From contig NC_086108.1 in the NCBI RefSeq assembly GCF_963921235.1, positions 4,278,001-4,342,000 of the forward strand: a DNA stretch of 64,000 nucleotides, written 5' to 3'. Origin of the DNA: Mobula hypostoma (lineage: Eukaryota). Below are positions 23,841 to 37,593 of the stretch, in pieces (position 1 is the stretch's first letter; every line of letters begins with the position of its first letter). The position numbers and the translations under genes are program-made. The notes beneath the pieces are model-generated. The model was not told the origin of the DNA. It saw only the letters and a program-made list of their open reading frames with translations, and did no database searches.

Positions 23841-25034
23841 GAGTCCAAAGGGCCAGTACTATGCTGTTATGTTTGATATTCAGGAAACTCCCTGCCCTGA
23901 TCTACCCCTCATCTACCATATTCTGTGAAATTTGCACTGCCCCAGATGTTCTTTGCACCCACCCCCTCTGTTCAGAAGATGTTTCTATCCAACATGTTCC
24001 ATTCTGCTCCATCTTGGAATGTTTTCCTTGTCATTTGTCTCCAACCCAAGCTATTTCCTGGATTTTCCAATTTGCAGAATTCCTATTGGAATCTGTTTAC
24101 GGGTTTCCTGAGGTCAAGTTGATACACGTGGTATTCTTCTAGTCAACACGGATCTCGCACACACAAGAACTGCATGCGTGTACAAGTGTTCGTGAATGGT
24201 AGTGTTTCATTCAGTTCAAGTTTAATTGTCATTCAACCACAGCCAAATGAGACAGCGTTACCCCGGGGTCAAGGTGCAAAACACAGTACCAACAGTCACA
24301 CACAGCACAAAGCACACACAGGATAGCAAGCACAAATGGTCTACACAAAGCTTGCACACTCAACAAGAACTGTTCTTGAATGCACGTGCTAACATGCATT
24401 TGTACACTTGGCACACACACAAGTGCTCACACAGGCACAACTGCACGTTCTTACACTCCTGCACACCAACACTCAAGGATCAACTTTACTTGCCACATAC
24501 ATTTACATGTATTAGGAAATTACTGTGGCGTGTTGGTGAGGGTGCAGCATGCAACACAAAATGACATTCAACTATTATAAAGAATTATATAAAACATAAA
24601 TTAGTTTAAAGTATGGATGTGGAATAAATTGTGCCCAAATACCAACATGTATTTACAGTGTAAACAGCTTTATAAAGAGTGGTTTAAGATGTTTACAGTG
24701 CAATGTCTGGGGTAGTAGGTAGAGAGGTATGGAGAGATAACAAGAATGGTTGATCAGATTAACTGCCTAGGGGAAGAAATTTAGAAGATGATGTGAAGTT
24801 TTTTTTTGTTTTAACTGACTTTAGGTGCTTTCCAGAAGGGAGCTGTTTCACTACTATCAGCCATGCAAGTCCTGGATTTACCGACTTGTTTTCAATGGCA
24901 AATGCATTTAGATTAGATGAGCTTTATATGTCACATGTATATCAAAGCGTACAGTGCTGCATCAGTCCCCAGCACAGTCCGGAGATGTGCTGGGGAAAGC
25001 CCACAGTTTCACCTTGCTTCTAGTGCTGACATAG

Positions 25035-25442
25035 TGTTGTAACATAAACAGAGACACTGAAGCTAGTGGATACAGAAATGTTTTCTTCAAAAAAATGAGA
25101 CACTTGGAGGAAGCGGCCTCCTGGCCCAAAATTACACAACATTTTTATATGCTACGGATCAAAGGTAACAGCCGGACAATTCTATGTATCTACAATGCTT
25201 CCTTTGAATTAGATATAGTCTTCACACACCTCCTTCTGCACCCCCTCACTCCAGACACCCAGAATGAATGTCAATCAGCATTGTCTGGTTTGCAATTAAC
25301 TCCAGTCTGCAGCTCCAGGAAAGCTATTGTTCAGAGCTGCATTTTAAATTTAATTTGCAATCCACGTTCAGGTCTGAAGATTGGTCGGCTGGTGAAGTAA
25401 TATTTGTTGTATACCCTAACTCCAGGAGAATACGCCCTAACA
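25035..25442 (-). mobile_element. Candidate solo LTR
   Basis: TGTT...AACA termini, flanks ATAG/CTAG (imperfect 4-bp TSD), splits a host repeat (gacatag|catgcccac), reverse TATA-like catataaaaa near 25145. Confidence 0.55.
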
Positions 25443-25629
25443 CTAGCATGCCCACAACTTACTAACACTAACTTATGGTTCAGCTTAGTTCTTTAGAGTA
25501 TGGGAGGAAACCCACATGGTCACAGAGGCAAGGTACAAACGCCTTATAGACATTGTACAGTGATCGCTGGTGCTGTACAGCAATGCACTAACTGCTACAA
25601 CACCATGCCACCTACATGGGCTCTCACTT

Positions 25630-26210
25630 ACCACTGGCATTTAGGGCAGCAGTGAAGGTCCTCCATCTCTGGTGGTGTTCAGGGCTTCCTTCATCGTGTC
25701 AGTAGCTTCCTCTCGGTTTTCACTACTGTCAGTCGTACAAGTCCCGGTGGAGGCTCAGGAATACCATCACACTCAGATGCAGAAGGATTCTTCATTGCTG
25801 TTTCCATAACAATTTTGTTTTACCAGTCATGGTTGTTAGCCCTGAGCTGAACCCCCGAACCTGGATGGCCGGTGGACCATTAGGAAGTATATAGAGAAGC
25901 CTTAGGACTCACACCACCAGGCTGAGCAAGAACCATGACCTCTGTGTCTGGCGTCGAGAGAGAGCTCTATGCTGGCTGGCGTCAGGTCTTTACGCCTTGG
26001 CTCTTGGCAGGGTCACTCATGCCAAACAGGTCAAAGGGTAGAGGGCAGGATAAGAGTGGTCCTGAGACTCCACCCTGCACTTGCAAGAAGACAGTAGAGA
26101 AAGCCAAAAGGAAGCTACTGACGTGCAGGAAGCCCGGAACACTGCCAGAGATGGAGAACGTCCATTGCAGCCCAAAATGCCAGCAGTGTAGTAGGCAGAC
26201 AGGTTGACAT
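25630..26210. mobile_element. Two divergent copies of the bipartite RTE-derived element
   Basis: 25630-25880 minus and 25960-26210 plus both match 640-1090. Confidence 0.65.
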
Positions 26211-27249
26211 CTTAACCCCAATATCCACCGTACACACTGCCAGCACAAACACTCAGAAACTGCTCCAACGCTATGTTTGAATAGAAGAAGATTTGAATAG
26301 AGAAATCCGAAAGTGTTATTTTATATCCTTCAAAGCACCTTGCAATGGCAAGGAATTGATCAGAGTATGTGCACTTTCATACAACAGTCCTGTGTAGTAC
26401 TGGCCTTTCGGCCCACAATATTGTGCTGATCTTTTAAGATTCAACGTTGCAAAGTACATTTATTATCAAAGTATGTATGCAGTACACAACCCTGACATTC
26501 GTCTTCCCACAGACAGCCATGAAACAAACACCATGGAACCAACCCATTCAAAGAAAAACATCAAGCTCCCTCCACACTCAAAAGGCAACAGAAAAAAACG
26601 GTGAAAACACAGGATATAAACCACAAAATCAAAAGACATATTCAGTTCAGCTCAGTGTTCGTTACCTGTAGGCTGCCCTGATTCAAAATTGCCCAAATTA
26701 CAAACGAAAATAAAGGAGTGACCAGAAAATCTAGAAACACGTAATAACTTGAATTAAGAGTCCAATCCACATTCCGTGTCGATTAAACCTTCCTCCAGCA
26801 CCTTCCCCTGGCAGCATCGTGGGAGAGAGAGACCGTCACGGGCAGACCCCTTCCCCTGGCAGCAGAGAGCGTGAAGCTGGTAAATGGCACTGAACACTCG
26901 CTTGCCCTCCACACCCACCTTGACGATTTTAATCTTCCTTGGCTCTTTATTCAGCGAGAGGTCAAGTCGATCCTGGACTGAAGCTCCATGTCCTGGGTTC
27001 CTGGCTCCATGACACACACTTTGCCCACAGCGTCGAGCTGCCCTCTCGGAGAGTGCAAGGTGCCAGATCGCCCAATTGGCTCAAAGTGTCACCATCGGAA
27101 TGTAGGCATACAGGCTCCAGCAGTGGCAGAAGCACACCTGAGATAAACACGTAAAAGAAATGAAAGCAGTTGCTTCGTGAACAGTCTTGAAGAAGTTGCC
27201 TTTGATAGCAATGCTCAGCAACTCCATCTTGGTCCGGAAGCCAGAACCA

Positions 27250-28345
27250 CTCTAAGATCAGTCTAACCTTCCCTCCCACATGGCCCTCCATTTTTCTTTC
27301 ATCCATGTGCCTAAGAATCTCTGAAGTGTCCCTAATGTATTTGCCTCTACCACCACCCCGTCAGTGAACCCCACAGATTCACCACTTTCTGTGTAAAAAA
27401 AAATCCACCTCTGATACCCCCTCCCCATACTTTCTTCCAATCACCTTAAAATTATGCCCCCTTGTATTAGCCCTTTCCACCCTGGGAAAAAGTCTCTGGC
27501 TGTCCACTTGATCTATGCCTCTTATCATCTTGTACGTCTCTATCAAGTCACCTCTCATCCTCCTTTGCTCCAAAGAAAAAAGCCCTAGCTCACTCATCCT
27601 GTTTTCAAACGACATGCTCTCTAATCCAGACCATATCCTGGTAAATCTCCTCTGCACCCTCTCGAAAGCTTCCATATCCTTCCTATAATGAGGCGACCGG
27701 AACTGAACACAATACTCCAAGTGTGGGCTAATCTGCTTAATAGAGCTGTAACATTATCTCACAGCTCTTGAACTCAATTCTCAGACTAATGAAGGCCAAC
27801 ACAGCAAATGGCCTTCTTAACAACCCTACCGAGGGACTAGGCACGGTCACACCACTTTCCAATTCAATAATCAACCAACATTTATTAACTTAATAATAAT
27901 AAAATGAAATAATCCAATAAATAAATTCCTCAACCCCCTTTCCTTCAGTTTTGGATTCACAAGATGGAGCCTGGTAAATCTCCTCTGCATCCTCTCGACA
28001 GCTTCCACATCCTTCTTACAATGAGGCGACCAGAACTGAACACATTACTCCAAGTGTGGGCTAATCTGTTTAATAGAGCTGTAACATTATCACGGCTCTC
28101 GAACTCAGTCCCCAGACTAATGAAGGCCAATACACCATAAGTTCCTTAACCACCCTTTCAACTTGTACGGCAGCTTTGAGGGGTCTGTGGATGTGGACCC
28201 CCAGATCCCTCTATTCCTCCACACTGCTAAGATTCCTGCCATTAACCTGTACTCTGCCTTTAAGTTTGACCTTTCAAAGTGAATCACCTCTCCAGATTAA
28301 ACTGCACCTGCCTCTTCTCAGCCCAGCTCTGCATCCTGTCAATCC
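27250..28345 (-). mobile_element. CR1 fragments with a duplicated internal segment
   Basis: ORF 27379-27720; 27637-27825 is repeated at 27970-28155. Confidence 0.85.
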
Positions 28346-28786
28346 TATAACATAGGAAATGCATTTGCCAATTTGTACACAGCATAGTCCAACATTATTC
28401 AACATTGGACCCCACAACCGTTGGGCTCCTGAATCGGTGTGAGTGTTTAACTTCACTCACCTCAACACTGAACTGATCCCACAACCAATGGACCCCACAT
28501 CTCATCTTCTCAGTATTATCTTCTTCATTCGCAGAGCTTGTCTTCTTTTGCACATAACACTAGACAGCAAAGATTTTGCTTCCTGAATATTTTTGGATGT
28601 ATCTTGTGGATTTTGGTCTGCTGATCATGAAAATCATCATGAACAACATAGAACATAGAAGAGTATGGCACAGTAACAGGTTACTTTGGCCCACAATGTT
28701 GTGCCGAACCAGCTAAAAAGTGAATCAAAAACACAAATATCTATCTACACTAAGTCCACATCCCTCCATCTTCCTCATATCCTCAT

Positions 28787-29460
28787 AGGTACAGCAGGCG
28801 GTGAAAAAGGCAAATGGTATGCTGGCATTTATAGTGAGAGGATTCGAGTACAGGAGCAGGGAGGTACTACTGCAGTTGTACAAGGCCTTGGTGAGACCAC
28901 ACCTGGAGTATTGTGTGCAGTTTTGGTCCCCTAATCTGAGGAAAGACATCCTTGCCATAGAGGGAGTACAAAGATGGTTCACCAGATTGATTCCTGGGAT
29001 GGCAGGACTTTCATAAATGACTGGATCGACTAGGCTTATACTTTCTGGAATTTAGAAGATTGAGGGGGGATCTGATTGAAACGTATAAAATCCTAAAGGG
29101 ATTGGACAGGCTAGATGCAGGAAGATTGTTCCCGATGTTGGGGAAGTCCAGAACGAGGGGCCACCGTTTGAGGATAAGGGGGAAGCCTTTTAGGACCGAG
29201 ATTAGGAAAAACTTCTTCACACAGAGAGTGGTGAATCTGTGGAATTCTCTGCCACAGGAAACAGTTGAGGCCAGTTCATTGGCTATATTTAAGAGGGAGT
29301 TAGATATGGCCCTTGTGGCTACGGGGGTCAGGGGGTATGGAGGGAAGGCTGGGGCGGGGTTCTGAGTTGGATGATCAGCCATGATCATAATAAGTGGTGG
29401 TGCAGGCTCGAAGGGCCGAATGGCCTACTCCTGCACCTATTTTCTATGTTTCTATGTTTC
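28787..29460 (+). mobile_element. Young CR1 family A 3' fragment
   Basis: KKANGMLAFI..HLEYCVQFWSP..GYGGKAGAGF stop, (ATGTTTCT)n tail. Confidence 0.93.
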
Positions 29461-30522
29461 TATATCCCTGTGTCTATCTAAATGTCTCTTAAAAACCTCT
29501 AATGTATTTGCCTCTACCACCAGACCAGGCAGCACATTCCAGGCATCCACCACTCTGAGTAAAAAACTTACCCCCTACATTTCCTTTGTACCAACCCCCT
29601 CTCACCCTCAATGCATGCCCTCTGGTATTAGACATTTCTACCCTGGGAAACAGATACTCTCTGTCCACTCTATCTATGCCTCTCATAATTTCTAAACCTC
29701 TATCAGATCTCCCCTCAGCCTCCAGCACTCCAGAGAAAACAACCCAAGTTTATCCAGCCTCTCGTGATAGCACATGCCCTCTAAACCAGACAGCATCCTG
29801 GTAAACCTCTTCTGCACCCTCTCCAAAGCCTCAACATCCTTCAGTAGTGGGGTGACCATAAAGAACACATTATCTCAGATGTGGCCTAACTAGAACTTTA
29901 TAGAATTGCAACATAACCTCTTGACTTTCAAACTCCAAGCCTCGATTAATAAAAGCAAGCATTCCACAAGCCTTCTTAACCAGCTTGTCGAGCTGTGTAG
30001 CCACTTTCAAGGAGTGATGGTCTCTCTGCTCAGCAACACTGTTACGGATCTTGCTCACAACAGTGTACCGTCTCCTTGCATTTGCCCTCCTGAGCACGGA
30101 GAAAGAACGCTGTTAAGGGCAAGGTCCAAGGTGCAGCACCCCACATCTATCGGGGTTAAACTCCACCTGCTATTCCTCAGCCCACACCTCTTACTGATAT
30201 ACATTGTGCTGTATTCTTTGCCAACCTTCTACACTATCCACAACTCTTGGTATCAGCTGCAAATTTACCAATGCACCCATTTACATTTCATCCAGGTCAC
30301 TTAGATACATTACACACAGTAGAGGTCCCAGTGCAAATCCCTGCGGAACTGTACTAATTACAGACCTCCAGCTTGAAGAGGTCCCTTCAATCACTTCAAC
30401 CATTATCCTCTGTCTTCTACGTGCAAGCTAGTTCTGAATCAAACAGCCAATTTACCATGGACTCCGTGCATCTTAATCTTCTGGATTAGACTCCCATGAA
30501 GGACTTCGTCAAACGCCTTACT
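29461..30522 (-). mobile_element. Older CR1 fragment
   Basis: ORFs 29489-29728 and 29870-30097 are CR1 ORF2 pieces. Confidence 0.8.
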
Positions 30523-30577
30523 ATGATGCACCATTTGAAATCGCCTATATTCGTTATTTCAATTCATATTTTAAGTC

Positions 30578-30706
30578 AGAATAACTGACGCTAAGATTAA
30601 GGAAGGCATTTTTTGTTGGTCCACAAATCAAACAGGTCAACAATGACAGGCAATTCTCTGGGACCAGAGAACATCACATGGAAGGCATTCAAGGATGTTG
30701 TTGAAG
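30578..30706 (+). pseudogene. DNA transposase remnant (tentatively Sola2-like)
   Basis: With two frameshifts reads RITDAKIKEGIF/VGPQIKQV.ND..F/GPENITWKAFKDVVE. Confidence 0.5.
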
Positions 30707-31168
30707 ACTATTTTCTAACTAGGGAGTAAATTCAAAAATCCATTTTGAGATTTGGGAGTCCTTGTGCAGGATTCCCTAAAGGTTAATTTGTATGTTGAGT
30801 CAGTGGTGAAGAAGACAAATGTGATTTTATCATTCATCTCAAGAAGACTAGGATATAAAAGCAAGGATGTAACGTTGAGACTTTATAAGGCACTGGTGAG
30901 GCCTCACTTGGAGTATTGTAAACAGTTTTGGGACTCTTATTTAAGAAAGGATGTACTGGCATTGGGAGAGGCTTCAGAGGAGGTTCACGAGAATCATTCC
31001 AGAAATGAAAGTGTTATTGTATGAGCAGTGATTGAAGGTGCTGGGCCTGTGTTCACTGGAATTTAGAAAATGAGGGGAATGTCATTGAAGCCTAATGAAT
31101 GATGAAAGGCCTAGATAGAGTGGATGGGAAGAGGATGTTCCTTTGGTAGGGGAGTCTAGGACCAGACG
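30707..31168 (+). mobile_element. Older CR1 fragment
   Basis: LGVLVQDSLKV..LYKALVRPHLEYC. Confidence 0.8.
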
Positions 31169-31169
31169 G

Positions 31170-31275
31170 TGTTGTTGTTGTTCAGTCGTTAAGTCGAGCC
31201 CAACTCTTCGTGACCTCATGGACCATAGGGTTTCCATGGCAAGATTCAGAAGTAGATTGCCAAGCCTTCCTTCCA
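31170..31275 (-). mobile_element. RTE/BovB-type 3' tail
   Basis: Reverse complement ...CTTGCCATGGAAACCCTATGGTCCATGAGGTCACGAAGAGTTGGGCTCGACTTAACGACTGAACAACAACAAC. Confidence 0.65.
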
Positions 31276-32540
31276 CCCAGATACTGCTTGGAAGATACAG
31301 ATTCCACACACTTGTGTATCAACTAGTTACGTATGCAGTATGAAAATAAATAAAACAAAATATACAAACCAATATCATAGTGGCAATTTTTGGCACAAAT
31401 GTGCTTAACTCCCAAACACATATAGGCTAGACCCTACATTCACATTGGTCATGAAACAATAAGGTAAGACAAAAATGAACTTTTACAATATATTGCCTTG
31501 TGGTTAAAATCAGGAGAAAGACTAACTTACTAGGCCGATAAGGGACTTCGCACAACCATGCTATCCAGTACCCATACCTTATTTGCGAAAATCTAAAGCA
31601 TCCACATGTAAAACACGTCAAATTACCAATATTCTAGGTTTACAAATAAGTATAAATGAATTTACATTGATATTATCAAATATTATTTGCCTTTCCTCAC
31701 CATGCCTGTGAAAGGTACTCGACATTCGTTCTAGAACACTGTAACTCTTCTCTCTACTCCACATGTGCATAATGATGTCACTGTTTTCCCTTAAAGGCGC
31801 AGGCAGCTATTTTTAGCATTTACCAGGGTGAACACGTAAGTGCTCTTTAACAATTAAAAAAAATTCAACCGTCACCTGGTTACAGGGAAACGGACCGTAA
31901 GGCCTGATTCTGCTACTATGGTCTTATGGTTTCACCATTCCAAACTCAAAACTGAATTCTTCAAACTTTCGGGCAACTCGCGACCTCAGAAGCAGCTAGA
32001 TCTGCCAATCATCCATCTGGGATTTTGGCTGTTTTCCTGTCTCATTCAGTGCTCCCTGACTTCCTGGGCACATCCTACAGACCTGTTTCTGGCAGCTCAC
32101 ATCGTGGAGAAGTCCGACCATCATCGATCTGCATTTGAACCAACCAGATAATGTAGCAAACTCAAGTGCAGGAATCACAGAGACTTCAGCAACTCAAGCA
32201 AAACAGAAGATTTAAAACAGAAATTAAACCACAAAACTAACAAGAGCTCAGACAAACTGTACAGAAACTTGAAGAACTGAAATCACCGACGATACGCAGA
32301 AGAGCTCCGTCTGAGTTTCACCACACAAGGGACCTCAATGACCCAGCAAAGAGGGGCTGGCATCTCCCTGGATACACCCTGGAGCTCATAGGAATACAGG
32401 GCCAATCAGACAACATAGGTGGCCAGACGAAGCAATAATCCCCAAAGCCAACAATTACAATACAAGACATTGAAAATACCACGCTAACTAAATTATCCCA
32501 AATTGAATAAAAGTGATAAATGCAAAGAGAGTTTAACATA

Positions 32541-35238
32541 AAACATAGAAACATAGAAAATAGGTGCAGGAGTAGGCCATTCGGCCCTTTGAGCCTGCAC
32601 CGCCATTTATTATGATCATGGCTGATCATCCAACTCAGAACCCCGCCCCAGCCTTCCCTCCATACCCCCTGATCCCTGTAGCCACAAGGGCCATATCTAA
32701 CTCCCTCTTAAATATAGCCAATGAACTGGCCTCAACTGTTTCCTGTGGCAGAGAATTCCACAGATTCACCACTCTCTGTGTGAAGAAGTTTTTCCTCATC
32801 TCGGTCCTAAAAGGCTTCCCCTTTATCCTCAAACTGTGGCCCCTTGTTCTGGACTTCCCCAACATCGGGAACAATCTTCCTGCATCTAGCCTGTCCAATC
32901 CCTTTAGGATTTTATACATTTCAATCAGATCCCCCCCTCAATCTTCTAAATTCCAACGAGTACAAGCCCAGTTCATCCAGTCTTTCTTCATATGAAAGTC
33001 CTGCCATCCCAGGAATCAATCTGGTGAACCTTCTTTGTACTCCCTCTATGGCAAGGATGTCTTTCCTCAGATTAGGGGACCAAAACTGCACACAATACTC
33101 CAGGTGTGGTCTCACCAAGGCCTTGTACAACTGCAGTAGTACCTCCCTGCTCCTGTACTCGAATCCTCTTGCTATAAATGCCAGCATACCATTCGCCTTT
33201 TTCACTGCCTGCTGTACCTGCATGCCCACTTTCAATGACTGGTGTATAATGACACCCAGGTCTCATTGCACCTCCCCTTTTCCTAATCGGCCACCATTCA
33301 GATAATAATCTGTTTTCCTATTTTTGTCACCAAAGTGGATAACTTCACATTTATCCACATTAAATTGCATCTGCCATGAATTTGCCCACTCACCCAACCT
33401 ATCCAAGTCACTCTGCATCCACTTAGCATCCTCCTCACTGCTAACACTGCCACCCAGCTTCGTGTCATCCGCAAACTTGGAGATGATGCATTTAATTCCC
33501 TCATCTAAGTCATTAATATATATTGTAAACAACTGGGGTCCCAGCACTGAGCCTTGCAGTACCTCACTAGTCACCGCCTGCCATTCTGAAAAGGTCCCGT
33601 TTATTCCCACTCTTTGCTTCCTGTCTGCTAACCAATTCTCTATCCACATCAATACCTTACCCCCAATACCGTGTGCTTTAAGTTTGCACACTAATCTCCT
33701 GTGTGGGACCTTGTCAAAAGCCTTTTGAAAATCCAAATATATCACATCCACTGGTTCTCCCCTATCCACTCTACTAGTTACATCCTCAAAAAGTTCTATG
33801 AGATTCATCAGACATGATTTTCCTTTCACAAATCCATGCTGACTTTGTCTGATGATTTCACCGCTTTCCAAATGTGCTGTTATCACATCCTTGATAACTG
33901 ACTCCAGCAGTTTCCCCACCACCGATGTTAGGCTAACCGGTCTATAATTCCCTGGTTTCTCTCTCCCTCCTTTTTTAAAAAGTGGGGTTACGTTAGCCAC
34001 CCTCCAATCCTCAGGAACTAGTCCAGAATCTAACAAGTTTTGAAAAATGATCACTACTGCATCCACTATTTCTTGGGCTACTTCCTTAAGCACTCTGGGA
34101 TGCAGACCATCTGGCCCTGGGGATTTATCTGCCTTCAATCCCTTCAATTTACCTAACACCACTTCCCTACTAACATGAATTTCGCTCAGTTCCTCCATCT
34201 CACTGGACCCTCTGTCCCCTACTATTTCGGGAAGATTATTTATGTCCTCCTTAGTGAAGACAGAACCAAAGTAATTATTCAATTGGTCTGCCATGTCCTT
34301 GCTCCCCATAATCAATTCACCTGTTTCTGTCTGTAGGGGACCTACATTTGCCTTTACCAGTCTTTTCCTTTTTACATATCGATAAAAGCTTTTACAGTCC
34401 GTTTTTATGTTCCCTGCCAGTTTTCTCTCATAATCTTTTTTCCCCTTCCTAATTAAGCCCTTTGTCCTCCTCTGCTGAACTCTGAATTTCTCCCAGTCCT
34501 CAGGTGAGCCACTTTCTCTGGCTAATTTGTATGCTTCTTCTTTGGAATTGATACTATCCCTAATTTCTCTTGTCAGCCACGGGTGCACTACCTTCCTTGA
34601 TTTATTCTTTTGCCAAACTGGGATGAACAATTGTTGTAGTTCATCCATGCAACCTTTAAATGCTTGCCATTGCATATCCACCGTCAATCCTTTAACTGTC
34701 ATTTGCCAGTCTATCTTAGCTAATTCACGTCTCATACATTCAAAGTTACCCCTCTTTAAGTTCAGAACCTTTGTTTCTGAATTAACTATGTCACTCTCCA
34801 TCTTAGTGAAGAATTCCACCATATTATGGTCACTCTTACCCAAGGGGCCTTTCACGACAAGATCGCTAATTAACCCTTCCTCATTGCTCAAAACCCAGTC
34901 CAGAATAGCCTGCTCTCTAGTTGGTTCCTCGACATGTTGGTTCAAAAAACCATCCCGCATACATTCCAAGAAATCCTCTTCCTCAGCACCTATACCAATT
35001 TGGTTCACCCAATCTACATGTAGATTGAAGTCACCCATTATAACTGCTGTTCCTTTATTGCACACATTTCTAATTTCCTGTTTAATACCATCTCCGACCT
35101 CACTACTACTGTTAGGTGGCCTGTACACAACTCCCACCAGCGTTTTCTGCCCCTTAGTGTTACGCAGCTCTACCCATATCGATTCCACATCTTCCCGGCT
35201 TATGTCCTTCCTTTCTATTGCGTTAATCTCCTCTTTAA
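32541..35238 (-). mobile_element. Young CR1 family A, 5' truncated within the endonuclease; one nonsense codon and one frameshift
   Basis: GVVYRPP, MGDFN, SDHN, YLDFQKAFDKV, KFADD; CGA to TGA at 33263-33265; extra G at 32931-32937. Confidence 0.95.
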
Positions 35239-35509
35239 CAATCCCCGTGATCCCAAATGAGACACCTGCAATGCAAAGTGAAAACCAGAGCTTGTCCAAA
35301 CTCAAACAGTTAGACATGAAAGATTATGAGGTGACACTGGGAAAATACAGTCCACATACTAACTAAAAGAAAATCTCTTCTTTTTCTTTCAAAAATGACC
35401 CCTAGTTGTGACAGGGGATCGCTTGGTGGCCTAGCTCGTTGGCCAGGAGGGCCCAAAAATAATTAAATCGATTTGAGTTCTTCACTTTAGTTAACGTGAC
35501 AATCATTAT

Positions 35510-35885
35510 GTGAGAGGGGATGTCATATGATGTGGGTGATCATGATCTCATGACTATGATTGTCCTCGGCGAACTTTTTCTACAGAAGTGGTTTGCCATT
35601 GCCTTCTTCTGGGCGGTGTCTTTACAAGACGGGTGACACCAGCCATTATCAATACTCATCAGAGATTGTCCGCCTGGTGTCAGTGGTCACATAACCAGGA
35701 CTTGTGATCCACGCCAGTTGCTCATACGACCATCCACCACCTGCTCCCATGGCTTCACGTGACCCTGACTGAGGTGGGGGCTAGGGAGTTGCTACATCTT
35801 GCCCAAGGGTGACCTGCAGGCTAGTGGAGGGAAGAAGTGCCTTACACCTCCTTTGGCAGAGGCGTTTCTCCACCCCACCTCCCAG
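35510..35885 (-). mobile_element. SINE-like element with RTE/BovB-type tail
   Basis: Reverse strand GAAGAAGGCAATGGCAAACCACTTCTG; matches the 16870 and 48535 copies. Confidence 0.65.
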
Positions 35886-35892
35886 TGTGACA

Positions 35893-37593
35893 ATAAATTC
35901 AGAAACAAAGGTTCTGAACTTAAAGAGGGGTAACTTTGAAGGTATGAGACGTGAATTAGCTAAGATAGACTGGCAAATGACACTTAAAGGGTTGATGGTG
36001 GATATGCAATGGCAAGCATTTAAAGGTTGCATGGATGAACTACAATTGTTCATCCCAGTTTGGCAAAAGAATAAATCAAGGAAGGTAGTGCACCCGTGGC
36101 TGACAAGGGAAATTAGGGATAGTATCAATTCCAAAGAAGAAGCATACAAATTAGCCAGAAAAAGTGGCTCACCTGAGGACTGGGAGAAATTCAGAGTTCA
36201 GCAGAGGAGGACAAAGGGCTTAATTAGGAAGGGGAAAAAAGATTATGAGAGAAAACTGGCAGGGAACATAAAAACTGATTGTAAAAGCTTTTATAGATAT
36301 GTGAAAAGAAAAAGATTGGTTAAGACAAATGTAGGTCCCCTACAGACAGAAACAGGTGAATTGATTATGGGGAGCAAGGACATGGCAGACCAATTGAATA
36401 ATTACTTTGGTTCTGTCTTCACTAAGGAGGACATAAATAATCTTCCAGAAATAGTAGGGGACAGAGGGTCCAGTGAGATGGAGGAACTGAGGGAAATACA
36501 TGTTAGTAGGGAAGTGGTGTTAGGTAAATTGAAGGGATTAAAGGCGGATAAATCCCCAGGGCCAGATGGTCTGCATCCCAGAGTGCTTAAGGAAGTAGCC
36601 CAAGAAATAGTGGATGCATTAGTGATAATTTTTCAAAACTCTTTAGATTCTGGACTAGTTCCTGAGGATTGGAGGGTGGCTAATATAACCCCACTTTTTA
36701 AAAAAGGAGGGAGAGAGAAACCAGGGAATTATAGACCGGTTAACCTAACATCGGTGGTGGGGAAACTGCTGGAGTCAGTTATCAAAGATGTGATAACAGC
36801 ACATTTGGAAAGCGGTGAAATCATCGGACAAAGTCAGCATGGATTTGTGAAAGGAAAATCATGTCTGACGAATCTCATAGAACTTTTTGAGGATGTAACT
36901 AGTAGAGTAGATAGGGGAGAACCAGTGGATGTGATATATTTGGATTTTCAAAAGGCTTTTGACAAGGTCCCACACAGGAGATTAGTGTGCAAACTTAAAG
37001 CACACGGTATTGGGGGTAAGGTATTGAAGTGGATAGAAAATTGGTTGGCAGACAGGAAGCAAAGAGTGGGAATAAATGGGACCTTTTCAGAATGGCAGGC
37101 GGTGACTAGTGGGGTACCGCAAGGCTCAGTGCTGGGACCCCAGTTGTTTACAATATATATTAATGACTTGGATGAGGGAATTAAATGCAGCATCTCCAAG
37201 TTTGCGGATGACACGAAGCTCGGTGGCAGTGTTAGCAGTGAGGAGGATGCTAAGAGGATGCAGAGTGACTTGGATAGGTTGGGTGAGTGGGCAAATTCAT
37301 GGCAGATGCAATTTAATGTGGATAAATGTGAAGTTATCAACTTTGGTGGCAAAAATAGGAAAACAGATTATTATCTGAATGGTGGCCGATTAGGAAAAGG
37401 GGAGATGCAACGAGACCTGGGTGTCATTATACACCAGTCATTGAAAGTGGGCATGCAGGTACAGCAGGCAGTGAAAAAGGCGAATGGTATGCTGGCATTT
37501 ATAGCGAGAGGATTCGAGTACAGGAGCAGGGAGGTACTACTGCAGTTGAACAAGGCCTTGGTGAGACCACACCTGGAGTATTGTGTGCAGTTT
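35893..37593 (+). mobile_element. Young CR1 family A ORF2 fragment (open RT domain)
   Basis: ORF 35809-37596 from NSETKVLN onward; near-identical to the minus copy at 32541-35238. Confidence 0.95.

Noticed and set aside
34527..35366. 279-aa plus ORF and the recurring MIMADHPTQNP ORFs
   Set aside because: Antisense frames of CR1, recurring only because the element is repeated
35760..35885. Possible HDV-like ribozyme in the SINE head (GGGTGGC/GTCACCC pairing in the family consensus)
   Set aside because: Could not place P3, L3 or P1.1; better explained as an A-box plus CORE-like segment
35809..35892. N-terminal extension of the 595-aa ORF as a novel fusion protein
   Set aside because: Chance open frame through an antisense SINE with a GTG start; the same applies to the first residues of ORF 33263-35317
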